DNA of 64,000 nucleotides, from NCBI GenBank assembly GCA_964577055.1, contig CAZNWC010000003.1, forward strand, positions 28,020 to 92,019. The letters run 5' to 3'. Source of the DNA: an uncultured Chitinophaga sp. (GTDB lineage Bacteria; Bacteroidota; Bacteroidia; UBA7662). The notes under the pieces were generated by a model. That model did no database searches. It was given only the letters and a program-made list of their open reading frames with translations, and had not been told where the DNA came from. Of this stretch, positions 1 to 10,335 are shown piece after piece. The stretch's first letter is position 1. Each line of letters begins with the position of its first letter. A program made the translations under genes and the position numbers.

Positions 1-307
1 CAAGGGGGGAGTTGTGTTGATGAAAGCGCAGCCTCACGCCTTGGTTTAGAAAGCCCAACTCCTTGTTATCTAAGCGCATTTGGGAGAGTGATTTTCCATT
101 GTTACGGGAGTGTTTCGCATTAGCGAAGTTGACTCATCGCTGAATCTTAGGGGGATGCTATAGCGGTCTGCCAATTTGGCTGAATGAAATACAATGGCCT
201 CATTGTTGACTTGTAAGGCCGTATCCAAATGCAAAGAGCGCGACCAAAAGCTGCTGCTCTTTTGTTAACTTTGGCAGGTTTAAGCATTCATTCCGTATTT
301 ACACCGC

Positions 308-3300
308 ATGTTAGGTATTTTCACCAAAGCCCTGAATAGCATCTTCGGCAATAAGTCCGACCGCGATATCAAAGTCCTGCTTCCCCGTGTGGCCGAAATC
401 AATGGTCACTATGAGCAGTTACGTTCACTGAGCAACGATCAGTTGCGCGCCAAAACCATCGAATTCCGCGCTCGTATTCAACAGGCCCTTGCCGAAACCA
501 ATGCGCAGTTAGTCGATTTGAGAAGTCAGGCCGAAAAGCTGTCGGCAGGTGCCATCGACGAGAAGTTTGAGTTGTTCAGCACCATCGACAAGCTCGAAAA
601 AGAGCGCGATACCATCCTCGAAAAGGCCTTAGATGAGCTGCTACCCGAAGCATTCGCAGTGGTAAAAGAAACTGCCCGCCGTTTTACCGAAAACGAAACG
701 CTGGAAGTAACAGCCACCGAAATGGACCGTGACCTCGCCGCCAGCAAAGATTTTGTGCGCATCGAAGGCCACAAAGCCATCTACCAAAACCGCTGGATGG
801 CCGCCGGCAACGAAGTGGTGTGGAACATGGTCCACTACGATGTTCAGCTCATTGGCGGTATGGTGCTGCACAGCGGTAAAATTGCCGAAATGGCCACTGG
901 TGAAGGTAAAACCCTCGTTTCAACCTTGCCTGCCTACCTCAATGCCCTCAGCGGCATGGGTGTACACCTGGTAACAGTGAACGACTACCTCGCCAAACGC
1001 GACGCCGAGTGGAATGGTCCCCTATTCCAATTCCACGGCATCAGTGTTGATTGCATCGATAAACACCAGCCCAATTCGCCCCAGCGCCGCAAGGCATACC
1101 TGGCCGACATCACCTACGGTACCAACAATGAATTTGGCTTCGACTACCTGCGCGATAATATGGCGCATGCCCCCGAAGCCCTTGTGCAGCGCAAGCACCA
1201 TTTCGCCATGGTGGATGAGGTTGACTCGGTACTGATTGACGATGCCCGTACACCTTTGATCATCAGTGGTCCGGTGCCCCGAGGCGACATCCATGAATTC
1301 CAGGAGCTCAAGCCACGCATCGAGCGCTTGGTAGACGCCCAGAAGCGCTTTGTAAATACGGCCCTCACCGATGCCAAAAAACTATTGGCCGAAGGTAAAA
1401 ACGAAGAAGGCGGTTTGGCCCTTTTCCGCGCTTACCGCGGCTTGCCCAAGAGCAAGGCCCTCATCAAGTTTTTGAGTGAATCGGGCATGCGTGGTCAGTT
1501 GCAGAAAACAGAAGCCTATTACCTGCAAGACCAGCAAAAAGAAATGCACAAGGCCGATGAGCCGCTGTTCTTCACCATCGACGAAAAGAATAACACCATC
1601 GAACTCACCGAAAAAGGCATTGAATTGATCACTGCCTCGGGCGAAGATCCCCACTTCTTCATCATGCCCGACGTGGGCGCCGAAGTGGCCGACATTGAAA
1701 AAAGCAGCCTCAGTGCCCAAGAAAAAGCCGATAAAAAGGCCAAGTTGATGGCCGATTTCCAGGTGAAGTCGGAGCGCATCCACACCATGAACCAGTTGCT
1801 CAAGGCCTACTGCTTGTTCGAACGCGATGTGGAATACATCGTCGACCAAAACAAGGTGAAAATTGTAGACGAGCAAACAGGTCGTGTACTCGACGGTCGC
1901 CGCTACAGCGACGGACTGCACCAGGCCATCGAAGCCAAGGAAAACGTGAAGGTGGAAGCTGCTACACAGACTTTCGCAACGGTAACCCTGCAAAACTATT
2001 TTCGCATGTACCACAAGCTGGCCGGTATGACCGGTACGGCCGAAACCGAAGCTGGTGAATTGTGGGAAATTTACAAATTGGACGTGGTGGTGATTCCTAC
2101 CAACCGTCCCATCGTGCGCAAAGACGAAGAAGACGTGGTGTACAAAACCATGCGCGAAAAGTACAATGCGGTGATTGATGAGGTGGAAAAATTGGTAGCC
2201 GCCGGCCGTCCGGTACTCGTAGGTACTACTTCGGTAGAGACCTCCGAATTGCTGAGCCGCATGCTCAACCTGCGCAAAATCAAACACAACGTACTGAATG
2301 CCAAGCAGCACCAGCGCGAAGCCGAAATTGTGGCCGAAGCGGGTAGGGCAGGAACGGTGACCATCGCCACCAACATGGCTGGTCGTGGTACCGACATCAA
2401 ACTCGGGCCTGGCGTGAAAGAAGCCGGTGGTTTGGCCATCATTGGTACCGAACGCCACGAATCGCGCCGTGTCGACCGCCAGTTGCGTGGTCGTGCCGGT
2501 CGCCAGGGTGACCCTGGTTCGTCGCAGTTCTTCGTATCGCTCGAAGACAACCTCATGCGATTGTTCGGTTCAGAGCGTATCAGCAAGGTGATGGATACCT
2601 TCGGCTACAAAGAAGGCGAAGTGATTCAGCACAGCATGATCACCAAGTCGATCGAGCGCGCCCAGAAAAAAGTGGAAGAAAACAACTTCGGCATCCGCAA
2701 GCGTTTGTTAGAATATGACGATGTGATGAACTCGCAGCGTGAAGTAATTTACGGCAAGCGTCGCCATGCGTTGTACGGCGATCGTTTGAGTGTCGACATC
2801 CGCAACATGATCAGCGACGTTGCTGCCGATGTGGTAGAGCGCCACCGCGACCAAGGCGATTTTGAAGCCTTCACCCTCGATGTGATCCGCAATTTCGCCA
2901 TGGAAACCAGCATCACCGCAGAAGCCTTTGCCAAAGAGAAAGTGGAACAGCTCAGTGCCCTGTTGGCGCAAGAAGCCCAAGCGGCATACGACGGCAAAAA
3001 CGAAAGGGTAGCTGCCATGGCCATGCCGGTGATTCAGTCGGTATTCGAGCAAAAAGGCGATGTGGTGGAGAATATCGTGGTGCCATTCCAAATGGGCAAT
3101 CGTGGGTTGCAGGTGGGTGTAAACCTCAAGAAGGCCTACGAAACCCAATGCCGCGATATCATCACCGAGTTTGAAAAAAGCATCATGTTGCTGCTCATCG
3201 ACGAGTCGTGGAAAAACCACCTGCGCGACATGGATGAGCTGAAACAATCGGTACAAAATGCCGTTTACGAGCAGAAAGACCCACTGGTTGTGTACAAAAT

Positions 3301-3634
3301 GGAATCGTTTAACTTGTTTGAGCGCATGTTGAGTGAGCTGAATGCTGAAGCCACAGGTATGTTGTTCCAAGGCACCATTCCGGTACAAGACGCCAGCGAA
3401 GTGCGCGAACAGCGGACCATGCCAAGGGCCGCTCAGCCCGCGGTGCAGGCCAGTAAACCGGCATATACCAGCAGCAGTTCAGCCGCTCCGGCGCCAGCCA
3501 TGGGCATGCCACAACAACCAGCGCCACGCCAAGCACAGCCCGTGCATGTGGGACCCAAAATCGGCCGCAACGATCCTTGTCCCTGCGGCAGTGGTAAAAA
3601 ATTCAAAGCCTGCCACGGCAAAGAGGAGGCCTAA
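308..3634 (+). CDS. secA: Preprotein translocase ATPase SecA
   Basis: 1108 aa. The N-terminus [14 protein letters not shown] is SecA-like, with DEAD-like motor motifs. The C-terminal Zn-finger [15 protein letters not shown] follows a low-complexity A/P/Q linker. Confidence 0.95.
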   Translation: MLGIFTKALNSIFGNKSDRDIKVLLPRVAEINGHYEQLRSLSNDQLRAKTIEFRARIQQALAETNAQLVDLRSQAEKLSAGAIDEKFELFSTIDKLEKERDTILEKALDELLPEAFAVVKETARRFTENETLEVTATEMDRDLAASKDFVRIEGHKAIYQNRWMAAGNEVVWNMVHYDVQLIGGMVLHSGKIAEMATGEGKTLVSTLPAYLNALSGMGVHLVTVNDYLAKRDAEWNGPLFQFHGISVDCIDKHQPNSPQRRKAYLADITYGTNNEFGFDYLRDNMAHAPEALVQRKHHFAMVDEVDSVLIDDARTPLIISGPVPRGDIHEFQELKPRIERLVDAQKRFVNTALTDAKKLLAEGKNEEGGLALFRAYRGLPKSKALIKFLSESGMRGQLQKTEAYYLQDQQKEMHKADEPLFFTIDEKNNTIELTEKGIELITASGEDPHFFIMPDVGAEVADIEKSSLSAQEKADKKAKLMADFQVKSERIHTMNQLLKAYCLFERDVEYIVDQNKVKIVDEQTGRVLDGRRYSDGLHQAIEAKENVKVEAATQTFATVTLQNYFRMYHKLAGMTGTAETEAGELWEIYKLDVVVIPTNRPIVRKDEEDVVYKTMREKYNAVIDEVEKLVAAGRPVLVGTTSVETSELLSRMLNLRKIKHNVLNAKQHQREAEIVAEAGRAGTVTIATNMAGRGTDIKLGPGVKEAGGLAIIGTERHESRRVDRQLRGRAGRQGDPGSSQFFVSLEDNLMRLFGSERISKVMDTFGYKEGEVIQHSMITKSIERAQKKVEENNFGIRKRLLEYDDVMNSQREVIYGKRRHALYGDRLSVDIRNMISDVAADVVERHRDQGDFEAFTLDVIRNFAMETSITAEAFAKEKVEQLSALLAQEAQAAYDGKNERVAAMAMPVIQSVFEQKGDVVENIVVPFQMGNRGLQVGVNLKKAYETQCRDIITEFEKSIMLLLIDESWKNHLRDMDELKQSVQNAVYEQKDPLVVYKMESFNLFERMLSELNAEATGMLFQGTIPVQDASEVREQRTMPRAAQPAVQASKPAYTSSSSAAPAPAMGMPQQPAPRQAQPVHVGPKIGRNDPCPCGSGKKFKACHGKEEA

Positions 3635-4284
3635 TGGACTTATTGGCCCGGCGTATTGACCATACCATGTTGTCGATGAATATGCAGCGCACAGATGTGT
3701 TGCGCTTGTGTGAGGAGGCCATGGTGTATGATTTTGCTGCGGTTTGTGTGCCCAGTTATTTTGTGCGCGACATGGCCGATGCCCTCCAGGGTAGCTTGGT
3801 GCGTGCTTGTACAGTCATCGGCTTTCCGTTTGGCTACCACCCTCCCCTTGTTAAGAAGCATGAGACCGAAACCGCCTTGCGTGCGGGTGCCACAGAAATT
3901 GATATGGTCGTAAATCTTGCTGCCTGGTATTCGGGCGACCGAAAATTGGTTGCCGATGAAATTGCTGCAATAAGCGCAGTCACCCATGCCCATCAGGCCC
4001 GCATAAAAGTAATCATTGAAACAGGCTACTTGAATGCCACCGATTTGGCTGCTTTGTGTGAATTGTGTGCGCAGGCCAGGGTCGACTATGTAAAAACAAG
4101 TACGGGTTTCGGCAAAGAAGGGGCACAAATTGCGGTGGTGGAGGAGATGCGTCGTATATTGCCCGAAGAAGTGAAAATAAAAGCCTCTGGGGGCATTCGC
4201 GATAGAGCTTTTGCCTTGGCATTGTTGGCAGCAGGGGCCGATCGCATTGGCACTTCGGCAGGTATAAAAATGATAAGCGAATGA
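3634..4284 (+). CDS. deoC: Deoxyribose-phosphate aldolase
   Basis: 216 aa with a DeoC-like TIM barrel and a ...KASGGIRD... Schiff-base lysine region. Its start overlaps the secA stop (TAATG). Confidence 0.85.
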   Translation: MDLLARRIDHTMLSMNMQRTDVLRLCEEAMVYDFAAVCVPSYFVRDMADALQGSLVRACTVIGFPFGYHPPLVKKHETETALRAGATEIDMVVNLAAWYSGDRKLVADEIAAISAVTHAHQARIKVIIETGYLNATDLAALCELCAQARVDYVKTSTGFGKEGAQIAVVEEMRRILPEEVKIKASGGIRDRAFALALLAAGADRIGTSAGIKMISE

Positions 4285-4745
4285 AAGCACTGTTGATCTC
4301 TCTCTGTATGCTCCTTTCGGCCTTTGGGGTTGAAGCGCAGCGGCCGACTGCCAACGACAGTGAGCAGCGGTCGAAAAGTGTAAACGATACGCTTTCGCGG
4401 GCCCGGCGCGACAACGGCCGCACCGCCAATAAACCGGCCACACTTCCAGGTTACCGCATTCAGGTATTCAGTGGCAATAACCGCTCACAGGCCATTCAAA
4501 CACGTGCAGAGGTATTGGAAAAGTTTCCGGCCTATGCGGCTTATTTGATTTATAAGCAGCCCAGTTTTCGGGTGCGTGTTGGCGACTTTAGAACAAGGTC
4601 TGCCGCTCAGGAATTGTTGGCCGAGCTCAAAGTGCTGTACCCCGTAAGCTTTATCGTGCCCGATGAGGTACTGGAAAACCCCGTGATTGTACCCTTGTTA
4701 GATCCCGCAAGCGATTCTACTGATGTTAATAGAACAGATCCGTAA
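4281..4745 (+). CDS. SPOR (sporulation-related repeat) domain protein, secreted
   Basis: Signal peptide MKALLISLCMLLSAFGVEAQ. A C-terminal ~75-aa SPOR-like block runs YRIQVFSGNNRSQA...FRVRVGDFRTRSAAQELLAEL. It is ATGA-coupled to the deoC stop. Confidence 0.6.
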   Translation: MKALLISLCMLLSAFGVEAQRPTANDSEQRSKSVNDTLSRARRDNGRTANKPATLPGYRIQVFSGNNRSQAIQTRAEVLEKFPAYAAYLIYKQPSFRVRVGDFRTRSAAQELLAELKVLYPVSFIVPDEVLENPVIVPLLDPASDSTDVNRTDP

Positions 4746-5910
4746 ACAGGCAGCAGCACTTACGCCTTGGGTGGTGGCACAAAGGCGCCATCTGCATATG
4801 CAGCCCGAATTGTCATTCGAAGAGGCACAAACAGCAGCCTTCGTGCAGCAGCACCTGCGCGATTTGGACATTGCATTTACCCCCGATGTGGCTGGCCATG
4901 GGGTAGTAGGCATGATTTACGGAAAAAATCCCGACAAAAAAGTGGTGGCCCTGCGCGCCGATATGGATGCATTGCCCATTGTTGAAAGCAATGACGTGCC
5001 TTACAAATCAACAAAACCAGGTATCATGCATGCTTGTGGACACGATGCGCACACAGCCAGTTTATTGGGGGCTGCTGCCATTTTGCAATCGGTGCGTGAG
5101 CAATTTGAAGGAAGTGTAAAACTCGTATTCCAGCCTGCTGAGGAGCGTCTGCCAGGCGGGGCTTCCCTCATGATCAAAGCCGGAGTGCTTGAAAATCCAA
5201 AACCGGCCAGCATCATTGGCCAACACGTGATGCCGCTCCTACCAGCAGGCAAAGTAGGTTTTAGAAGTGGTATGTACATGGCATCGGCCGATGAAATCAC
5301 CATGACCGTGCGCGGCAAAGGCGGCCATGCAGCCATGCCGCACCTGAATACCGATACCGTGATGATAACCGCACAAATTCTGGTGGCCTTGCAACAAATT
5401 GTAAGTCGGTATGCCAATCCAACCACCCCTTCGGTACTCTCCTTCGGCAAAATAACCGCCAATGGGGCGTTTAACATCATCCCCAATGAAGTGGTTGTGC
5501 TGGGTACCTTTAGGACTATGGATGAAAAATGGAGGGCTGAAGCTCACCACCGCATGAAACAAATGGCCGAAGAAATGGCCAAATCAATGGGAGCAAGCTG
5601 CGATTTCAGCATCCATGTGGGTTATCCGTATTTGGTGAACGAGCCCCAATTGACGGCACGGGCAAAGGATGCCGCCATGGCCTACATGGGCGCAGAAAAT
5701 GTGGTTGAGCTCGATTTATGGATGGCTGCCGAAGACTTTGCATACTACAGCCAGGTAACCGATGCCTGTTTTTACCGCTTGGGCACGCGCAATGAAGCGC
5801 GCGGAATTGTTTCAGCCGTACATACCCCCACGTTCGACATTGATGAAACAGCCTTGGAAACAGGTTGTGGCCTCATGGCATGGTTGGCCGTGCAAGAATT
5901 ACAAGCCTGA
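4723..5910 (+). CDS. M20D-family amidohydrolase (N-acyl-amino-acid amidohydrolase / hippurate hydrolase-like)
   Basis: 395 aa. The motifs HACGHDAHTA and LHMQPELSFEE are typical of the M20 peptidase / amidohydrolase family. Confidence 0.85.
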   Translation: MLIEQIRKQAAALTPWVVAQRRHLHMQPELSFEEAQTAAFVQQHLRDLDIAFTPDVAGHGVVGMIYGKNPDKKVVALRADMDALPIVESNDVPYKSTKPGIMHACGHDAHTASLLGAAAILQSVREQFEGSVKLVFQPAEERLPGGASLMIKAGVLENPKPASIIGQHVMPLLPAGKVGFRSGMYMASADEITMTVRGKGGHAAMPHLNTDTVMITAQILVALQQIVSRYANPTTPSVLSFGKITANGAFNIIPNEVVVLGTFRTMDEKWRAEAHHRMKQMAEEMAKSMGASCDFSIHVGYPYLVNEPQLTARAKDAAMAYMGAENVVELDLWMAAEDFAYYSQVTDACFYRLGTRNEARGIVSAVHTPTFDIDETALETGCGLMAWLAVQELQA

Positions 5911-6357
5911 CGGCTTGCCCAGTCCTTTTTCAAAAGCTTGAATAGCTGCTCTGTAGGCATCAGGCATCGGAATGGTGCGTTGCTGGCGATAATCGTATAC
6001 CACAAGCACAGCACGAGCCACTGTAATGATTTTCTCTCCGGCAGGATGCTGTTTTACCACCATGTATTCCATTTCAAAACTTTTGTTGCCAAGCACCGAA
6101 GTGCGCATGTGCACCTCCGCCTTGTCGCGGGGGAAAAGCGGCTCCAAATAATGTAAGGTGTTGCTGGCCAGGATCATCCCCACCTCATCCCAATTCCAAC
6201 CGACCACATCCCGGAAATAATCAATGCGTGCTTGTTCGAAATAACTCAAATACACAGCATTGTTGACGTGTTGCAAAGCATCGATGTCGGCCCACCGGAT
6301 GTGGATAGGACTGCTGAATAAAAAATGTTCGCGCGCAGGAATTTTGAAATCGGGCAT
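5899..6357 (-). CDS. Hotdog-fold acyl-CoA thioesterase (YbgC/4HBT-like)
   Basis: 152 aa. IHIRWADIDALQHVNNAVYLSYFEQARIDYF matches the 4HBT thioesterase signature. Confidence 0.7.
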   Translation of the reverse strand: MPDFKIPAREHFLFSSPIHIRWADIDALQHVNNAVYLSYFEQARIDYFRDVVGWNWDEVGMILASNTLHYLEPLFPRDKAEVHMRTSVLGNKSFEMEYMVVKQHPAGEKIITVARAVLVVYDYRQQRTIPMPDAYRAAIQAFEKGLGKPSGL

Positions 6358-6388
6358 GTTGAATCCTTAAATTTGAGAATCGATCCTT

Positions 6389-6868
6389 TTGGAGATGGAT
6401 AAAAAAGCAAACAAAGAAACTGAAATCGATTGGCTTGACCTAAAGGAAAGGCTCAAACGCCAGTCGGGTATGTTTGGCGTGCAAACGGGTACCAACAGCT
6501 TGCAAGCCCAATGGATGCGCCTGTTCAGTTTTTTTCAGCACAGTACAGAGGGCATGTTGTTGCTCGATGCCGAAGGACAGGTATTGATGGCCAATCGCGC
6601 ATGTCAACACATTTTTGACCGCAATCAAGCCGATTTGCTGGCCACTGACGTATATACCCTATTCCCCTTGAAAATGGCTGTTGACCGCGAGCCGAAAGCC
6701 TGGTTGAAGGCGGTAGCGGTAAACAGATTGTATAGCACGGGCGATAGCATGCGTAACTGCAAAACCTATGATTTGCGCGAAGTGGGCATTGAGGCCAATG
6801 GAGACGAAAAGCTCATCCAAGTATACATCCGTGAGGTGACCGAGCTGGTACGTCAAGCAGAATATTAA
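6389..6868 (+). CDS. PAS-domain protein (no output domain)
   Basis: 159 aa. The PAS-like core is GMLLLDAEGQVLMANRACQHIF...YIREVTEL. It is in the same frame as the next two ORFs. Confidence 0.5.
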   Translation: MEMDKKANKETEIDWLDLKERLKRQSGMFGVQTGTNSLQAQWMRLFSFFQHSTEGMLLLDAEGQVLMANRACQHIFDRNQADLLATDVYTLFPLKMAVDREPKAWLKAVAVNRLYSTGDSMRNCKTYDLREVGIEANGDEKLIQVYIREVTELVRQAEY

Positions 6869-6883
6869 GCCGAACAAACTGGC

Positions 6884-7168
6884 ATGTTCATTCAAATGCT
6901 TGGCCATGCCCGCGAACCTATGATTTTGCTCGATGCTTCCTTGATCATTTTTGAATTAAACGAAGTGGCCGCCCTTATGATGCACGGCATTACCGTGCCG
7001 CTGCATGAAAAAGGGGAGTCGTATCTCGATTTTGCCAATCCTGGTCGGGCCAAGGAAAAGGGTTGGGAGATTTTCTGGGAAGTTTTGTCAGGCTTGGTGT
7101 TAGAGCGCAATATCGAATGGCCTTCGCCCATCGGAGGCAACGCTATTCACTGGCTGCTCACCTACTAG
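6884..7168 (+). CDS. Short PAS-like fragment (possible remnant of a larger multi-PAS gene)
   Basis: 94 aa. It begins only 5 codons after the in-frame stop of the previous ORF in the same reading frame. The segment PMILLDASLIIFELNEVAA is PAS-like. Confidence 0.3.
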   Translation: MFIQMLGHAREPMILLDASLIIFELNEVAALMMHGITVPLHEKGESYLDFANPGRAKEKGWEIFWEVLSGLVLERNIEWPSPIGGNAIHWLLTY

Positions 7169-7273
7169 CCCTTGAATGACGTTTAAGGAGAAATGGCAGG
7201 GGTGTTGATCAGTGGGTTGGAGCAAACCCGCGAAAGGGCCTGGCAAGCACAGTTAAGCGAATAAGCCGATCGA

Positions 7274-8602
7274 TTGCGCTGGTCGGAAATGCGGCAAGAT
7301 GCAGCCATGTGTGTGGTGGATACTGCGTTCAAATTCAAGTATGTGGGCGGGGCATTGGGCCAATGGCTTGGTCATGCAGCGACACGCCTTCAAGGAACTT
7401 CGTTTGGGAAATTGCTGCCCGCCAAATGCCCGGTCATGGCTGAATTACAAGCATGGCTCAACGCACCCTATGAGTCTTATACCGGTATTTGGGAAATGCT
7501 CAGGCCCGATAAAACGACGGTTCGTTTGGGTGTGACGGCTCATTTTGAGGAATTGGTAGCTTCAAAGGAGGGGAGACTGGTCTTGCATTTCCACCTACAG
7601 GCACCGCACGATCTGCTGGCGGCAAAGGAGCATGCATTTGCTGCCGTTCTCCAATTAAACAAGGAACAGCCTGTTGTGCACCTGCTCATGTTCGACCAAA
7701 ATGGACGAATCATCAACCCTAATAACTGGCCTCCACCAAAGCTCGATAAAGCAGGTGACCCTCCAGAAAACCTTGTGCAGGTCCTGCGTGCTTTGGGCAA
7801 ACAGCCGAACCTACTGCTGCAAAAATGGGAAGCAGCTCAACGAGCGGTCTTGCCCTTTGAGGTGCAGCATGCCGACCCGGGCCTGCATTGGGAATTGTGG
7901 GAATTAGCTGTCGGAGATGATCAAAAAATGGTGCTGCTTGCCCTCGTAGATGGTACCGTAAAAAAGCGTATTCCTGCACTTGAAAAGGAAGTGTTGCGTT
8001 TGCATGCCCAGCTCGATAGGCGGACTGCGGAAGTAACAGCATGGCGCACCGCCTTTGGATTGTTGGAACGTGTTTTCAGCAGTTTCAGTTGGGAATACAG
8101 CCGTGAAAAAGAACGATTCACGCTTTTAACACCCGGACAAATCTTGTTTTTTGGTCATCCAGGCCAAGATATTGCCGTTCGTGAATTGTATTCCTATTTG
8201 CATCCAGCCGATGCCAAACAGTTTATCGAAGAGGTAGAATCCGTGCGTGAATTGGGGGTCGATGGTTGGGCAAGGGTCCGTAATGCACATGATGATTTTG
8301 ATCAATGGCATTATCAATTCATGCGTTTGGAGCAAAACTGGTTGCAATTGCCCACCGACTGGTCTTTGCAGCGTTTCGACAGTCTCGCGGGGGTAGCACA
8401 AACCCGCTTGGCAGCTGAAGTATGCAGTATGCGACTGCCGGGAAGTCTATTTCAATTTGAATATTTCAATGCCTTTACCCAACGATGGATGTTCGTTTGG
8501 ATTTATACGACACAAAATATTAGGGCCGTGTACTTGCAGCAAATGAAAGCGAGAAAGCACGGTTTGGCGATGCCTGAACTTTTGGGCATTCCAGAGGTTT
8601 GA
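7274..8602 (+). CDS. Multi-PAS domain sensor-like protein lacking kinase/output domain
   Basis: 442 aa with at least two PAS-like segments. I could not see an HisKA H-box or an ATPase motif. It is in the same frame as the two preceding ORFs. Confidence 0.5.
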   Translation: MRWSEMRQDAAMCVVDTAFKFKYVGGALGQWLGHAATRLQGTSFGKLLPAKCPVMAELQAWLNAPYESYTGIWEMLRPDKTTVRLGVTAHFEELVASKEGRLVLHFHLQAPHDLLAAKEHAFAAVLQLNKEQPVVHLLMFDQNGRIINPNNWPPPKLDKAGDPPENLVQVLRALGKQPNLLLQKWEAAQRAVLPFEVQHADPGLHWELWELAVGDDQKMVLLALVDGTVKKRIPALEKEVLRLHAQLDRRTAEVTAWRTAFGLLERVFSSFSWEYSREKERFTLLTPGQILFFGHPGQDIAVRELYSYLHPADAKQFIEEVESVRELGVDGWARVRNAHDDFDQWHYQFMRLEQNWLQLPTDWSLQRFDSLAGVAQTRLAAEVCSMRLPGSLFQFEYFNAFTQRWMFVWIYTTQNIRAVYLQQMKARKHGLAMPELLGIPEV

Positions 8603-8723
8603 GAAATGCAGAAGCTTTTATCAGATTTGGATGAAGGTGATATTTTTAATTTATCATTGACACACTTTTGTATATTTATCCGCTGAGAATGTGGCAGGCT
8701 TTTTCAGAAAGAAATAGGACCGC

Positions 8724-9119
8724 ATGAAAGTGTTGATTACAGATGATGATCCCATTCTAATCATGGTATGTACACGCCTGATGAAAATCACTGGGTTTTC
8801 AGAAGAGGTGATGGCAGCACGTGAAGGGAAGGAAGCGGTTGAAATGCTGAAAAATTTGATTGGCCAGCCTGCTGAAGCTTTACCGGCGGTAATCTTGCTC
8901 GATATCAATATGCCAGTGATGAACGGTTGGGAGTTTTTGGAAGAATATCTCCGGATCATAGACCAATTCAAAGCCATCATTCCGGTTTTTATGCTGAGCT
9001 CAACCATCGACCAAGCCGATTTCGACAAGGCAAAGTCATACCACGTAGTGAAAGGATTTTACAGCAAGCCCCTCACCAAAGAAAATTTGTACGAAATCGA
9101 AGGTCTTGTCAAAGGCTGA
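8724..9119 (+). CDS. Stand-alone response regulator receiver (CheY-like)
   Basis: 131 aa. MKVLITDDDPIL holds the acidic pocket, LLDINMP the phospho-acceptor Asp, and VVKGFYSKP the conserved Lys. There is no output domain. Confidence 0.8.
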   Translation: MKVLITDDDPILIMVCTRLMKITGFSEEVMAAREGKEAVEMLKNLIGQPAEALPAVILLDINMPVMNGWEFLEEYLRIIDQFKAIIPVFMLSSTIDQADFDKAKSYHVVKGFYSKPLTKENLYEIEGLVKG

Positions 9120-9166
9120 AAACATAAAAGCTTTGCAGTCAGCGCTTTTGAACCTACTTTTGCGCC

Positions 9167-9514
9167 ATGAATGAAACAAAGCGACAGCTCCGCGTCGCGA
9201 AATTGATTCAGCAAGAAATTGCTGAAATCCTGCAACGTGAGTTGCCTGGACTTACTGCTGGAGGATTAACCACCATTACCAAGGTACGTGTGACCCCAGA
9301 TTTATCTTTGGCGCGCTACTATGTAAGCGTACTGGGTCAGCAAAAGCAACTTACTGTTGACAAACTGAATGAGGCCAGGGCAGACGTACGCCTACGTTTA
9401 GGACAGCGCTTGCGTCATCAACTGCGCATTGTGCCGCAATTGGAATGTTATTTAGACGATTCCTTAGATTACATCGATAACATTGACCGTTTGTTGAACG
9501 GGGGACAAGCCTGA
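9167..9514 (+). CDS. rbfA: Ribosome-binding factor A
   Basis: 115 aa with the RbfA KH-like motifs RVAKLIQQEIAEIL and TITKVRVTPDLSLARYYVS. Confidence 0.85.
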   Translation: MNETKRQLRVAKLIQQEIAEILQRELPGLTAGGLTTITKVRVTPDLSLARYYVSVLGQQKQLTVDKLNEARADVRLRLGQRLRHQLRIVPQLECYLDDSLDYIDNIDRLLNGGQA

Positions 9515-9523
9515 CGGCCAGCC

Positions 9524-10333
9524 ATGCAACACGACGAATTACGAAAAACGCTTTCGGAAATATTTAAAAACCGGCCCCATTTCAGGTCGCTTTTTTATGT
9601 GCTCATCGACATCTTGATTGTGAGCTTTTGGCACATCCGGCGGGGGATATTGTCGTTTGCGCGTGCGCATCAAGGGCCAGTGCATGTGCTCGATGCTGGT
9701 ACGGGTCTTGGGCAGTATGTATATTATCTCACGCGCAACTTCCCCGATTGGAATATTTATGCTACCGATGTTTCTGCCAATGAAATTTGCGAATGCAACC
9801 GCTATTTCCATCGCTTGCAATACGAAAGGGTGCTGTTCAGAACAGAAGACTTGCAGGAAATGCATCGTGAAGATGTGTATGATTTGATTCTTGCGGTGAA
9901 TGTGGTGGAATATGTAGCCGATGATCGATTGGTGATGGAGAATTTTTACCAGGCGCTCAAACCTGGGGGCATGCTGTTGATGTCGATGCAGTCGGATAAA
10001 TCGAAGGTAATTCAGCCCAATTTCACCAATAAATTGCTGGGCAATAAGGCGGTGAGCCACCGTTACAACAATTTGGAGCTTAAAAAAATCCTCAAGGAGT
10101 TGGGGTATAAACACATCAAGGCACATTATGCTTATGGTGCATCGGGTCGTTTGTCAACGATGATTGGGGTAAGTGCTCCTAAATATTTGTTGCGGCAAAG
10201 CAAGGCGTTTTTGTACATCCTGCCTATTTATTATCTGTTTTGTTATCCATTGGTTTTTGTGCTTAATACCATTGATGCGTATTTTGTGCACTTGAGTGGC
10301 AGCGAGCTGGTAGTTCGTGCCTACAAAGCCTGA
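9524..10333 (+). CDS. Class I SAM-dependent methyltransferase with hydrophobic C-terminal tail
   Basis: Motif I is VLDAGTGLGQYV, with post-I acidic residues and LKPGGMLLMS. The C-terminal ~50 aa are strongly hydrophobic. Confidence 0.7.
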   Translation: MQHDELRKTLSEIFKNRPHFRSLFYVLIDILIVSFWHIRRGILSFARAHQGPVHVLDAGTGLGQYVYYLTRNFPDWNIYATDVSANEICECNRYFHRLQYERVLFRTEDLQEMHREDVYDLILAVNVVEYVADDRLVMENFYQALKPGGMLLMSMQSDKSKVIQPNFTNKLLGNKAVSHRYNNLELKKILKELGYKHIKAHYAYGASGRLSTMIGVSAPKYLLRQSKAFLYILPIYYLFCYPLVFVLNTIDAYFVHLSGSELVVRAYKA

Positions 10334-10335
10334 TC

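Noticed and set aside
1382-2458. 358-aa antisense ORF inside secA, and similar long antisense ORFs (e.g. 59381-61480, 26271-26921, 27351-28073, 33728-34165)
   Set aside because: GC-rich coding regions commonly leave long open antisense frames. The translations are low-complexity or His/Gly/Val-rich with no recognisable domains, and they fully overlap well-supported genes.
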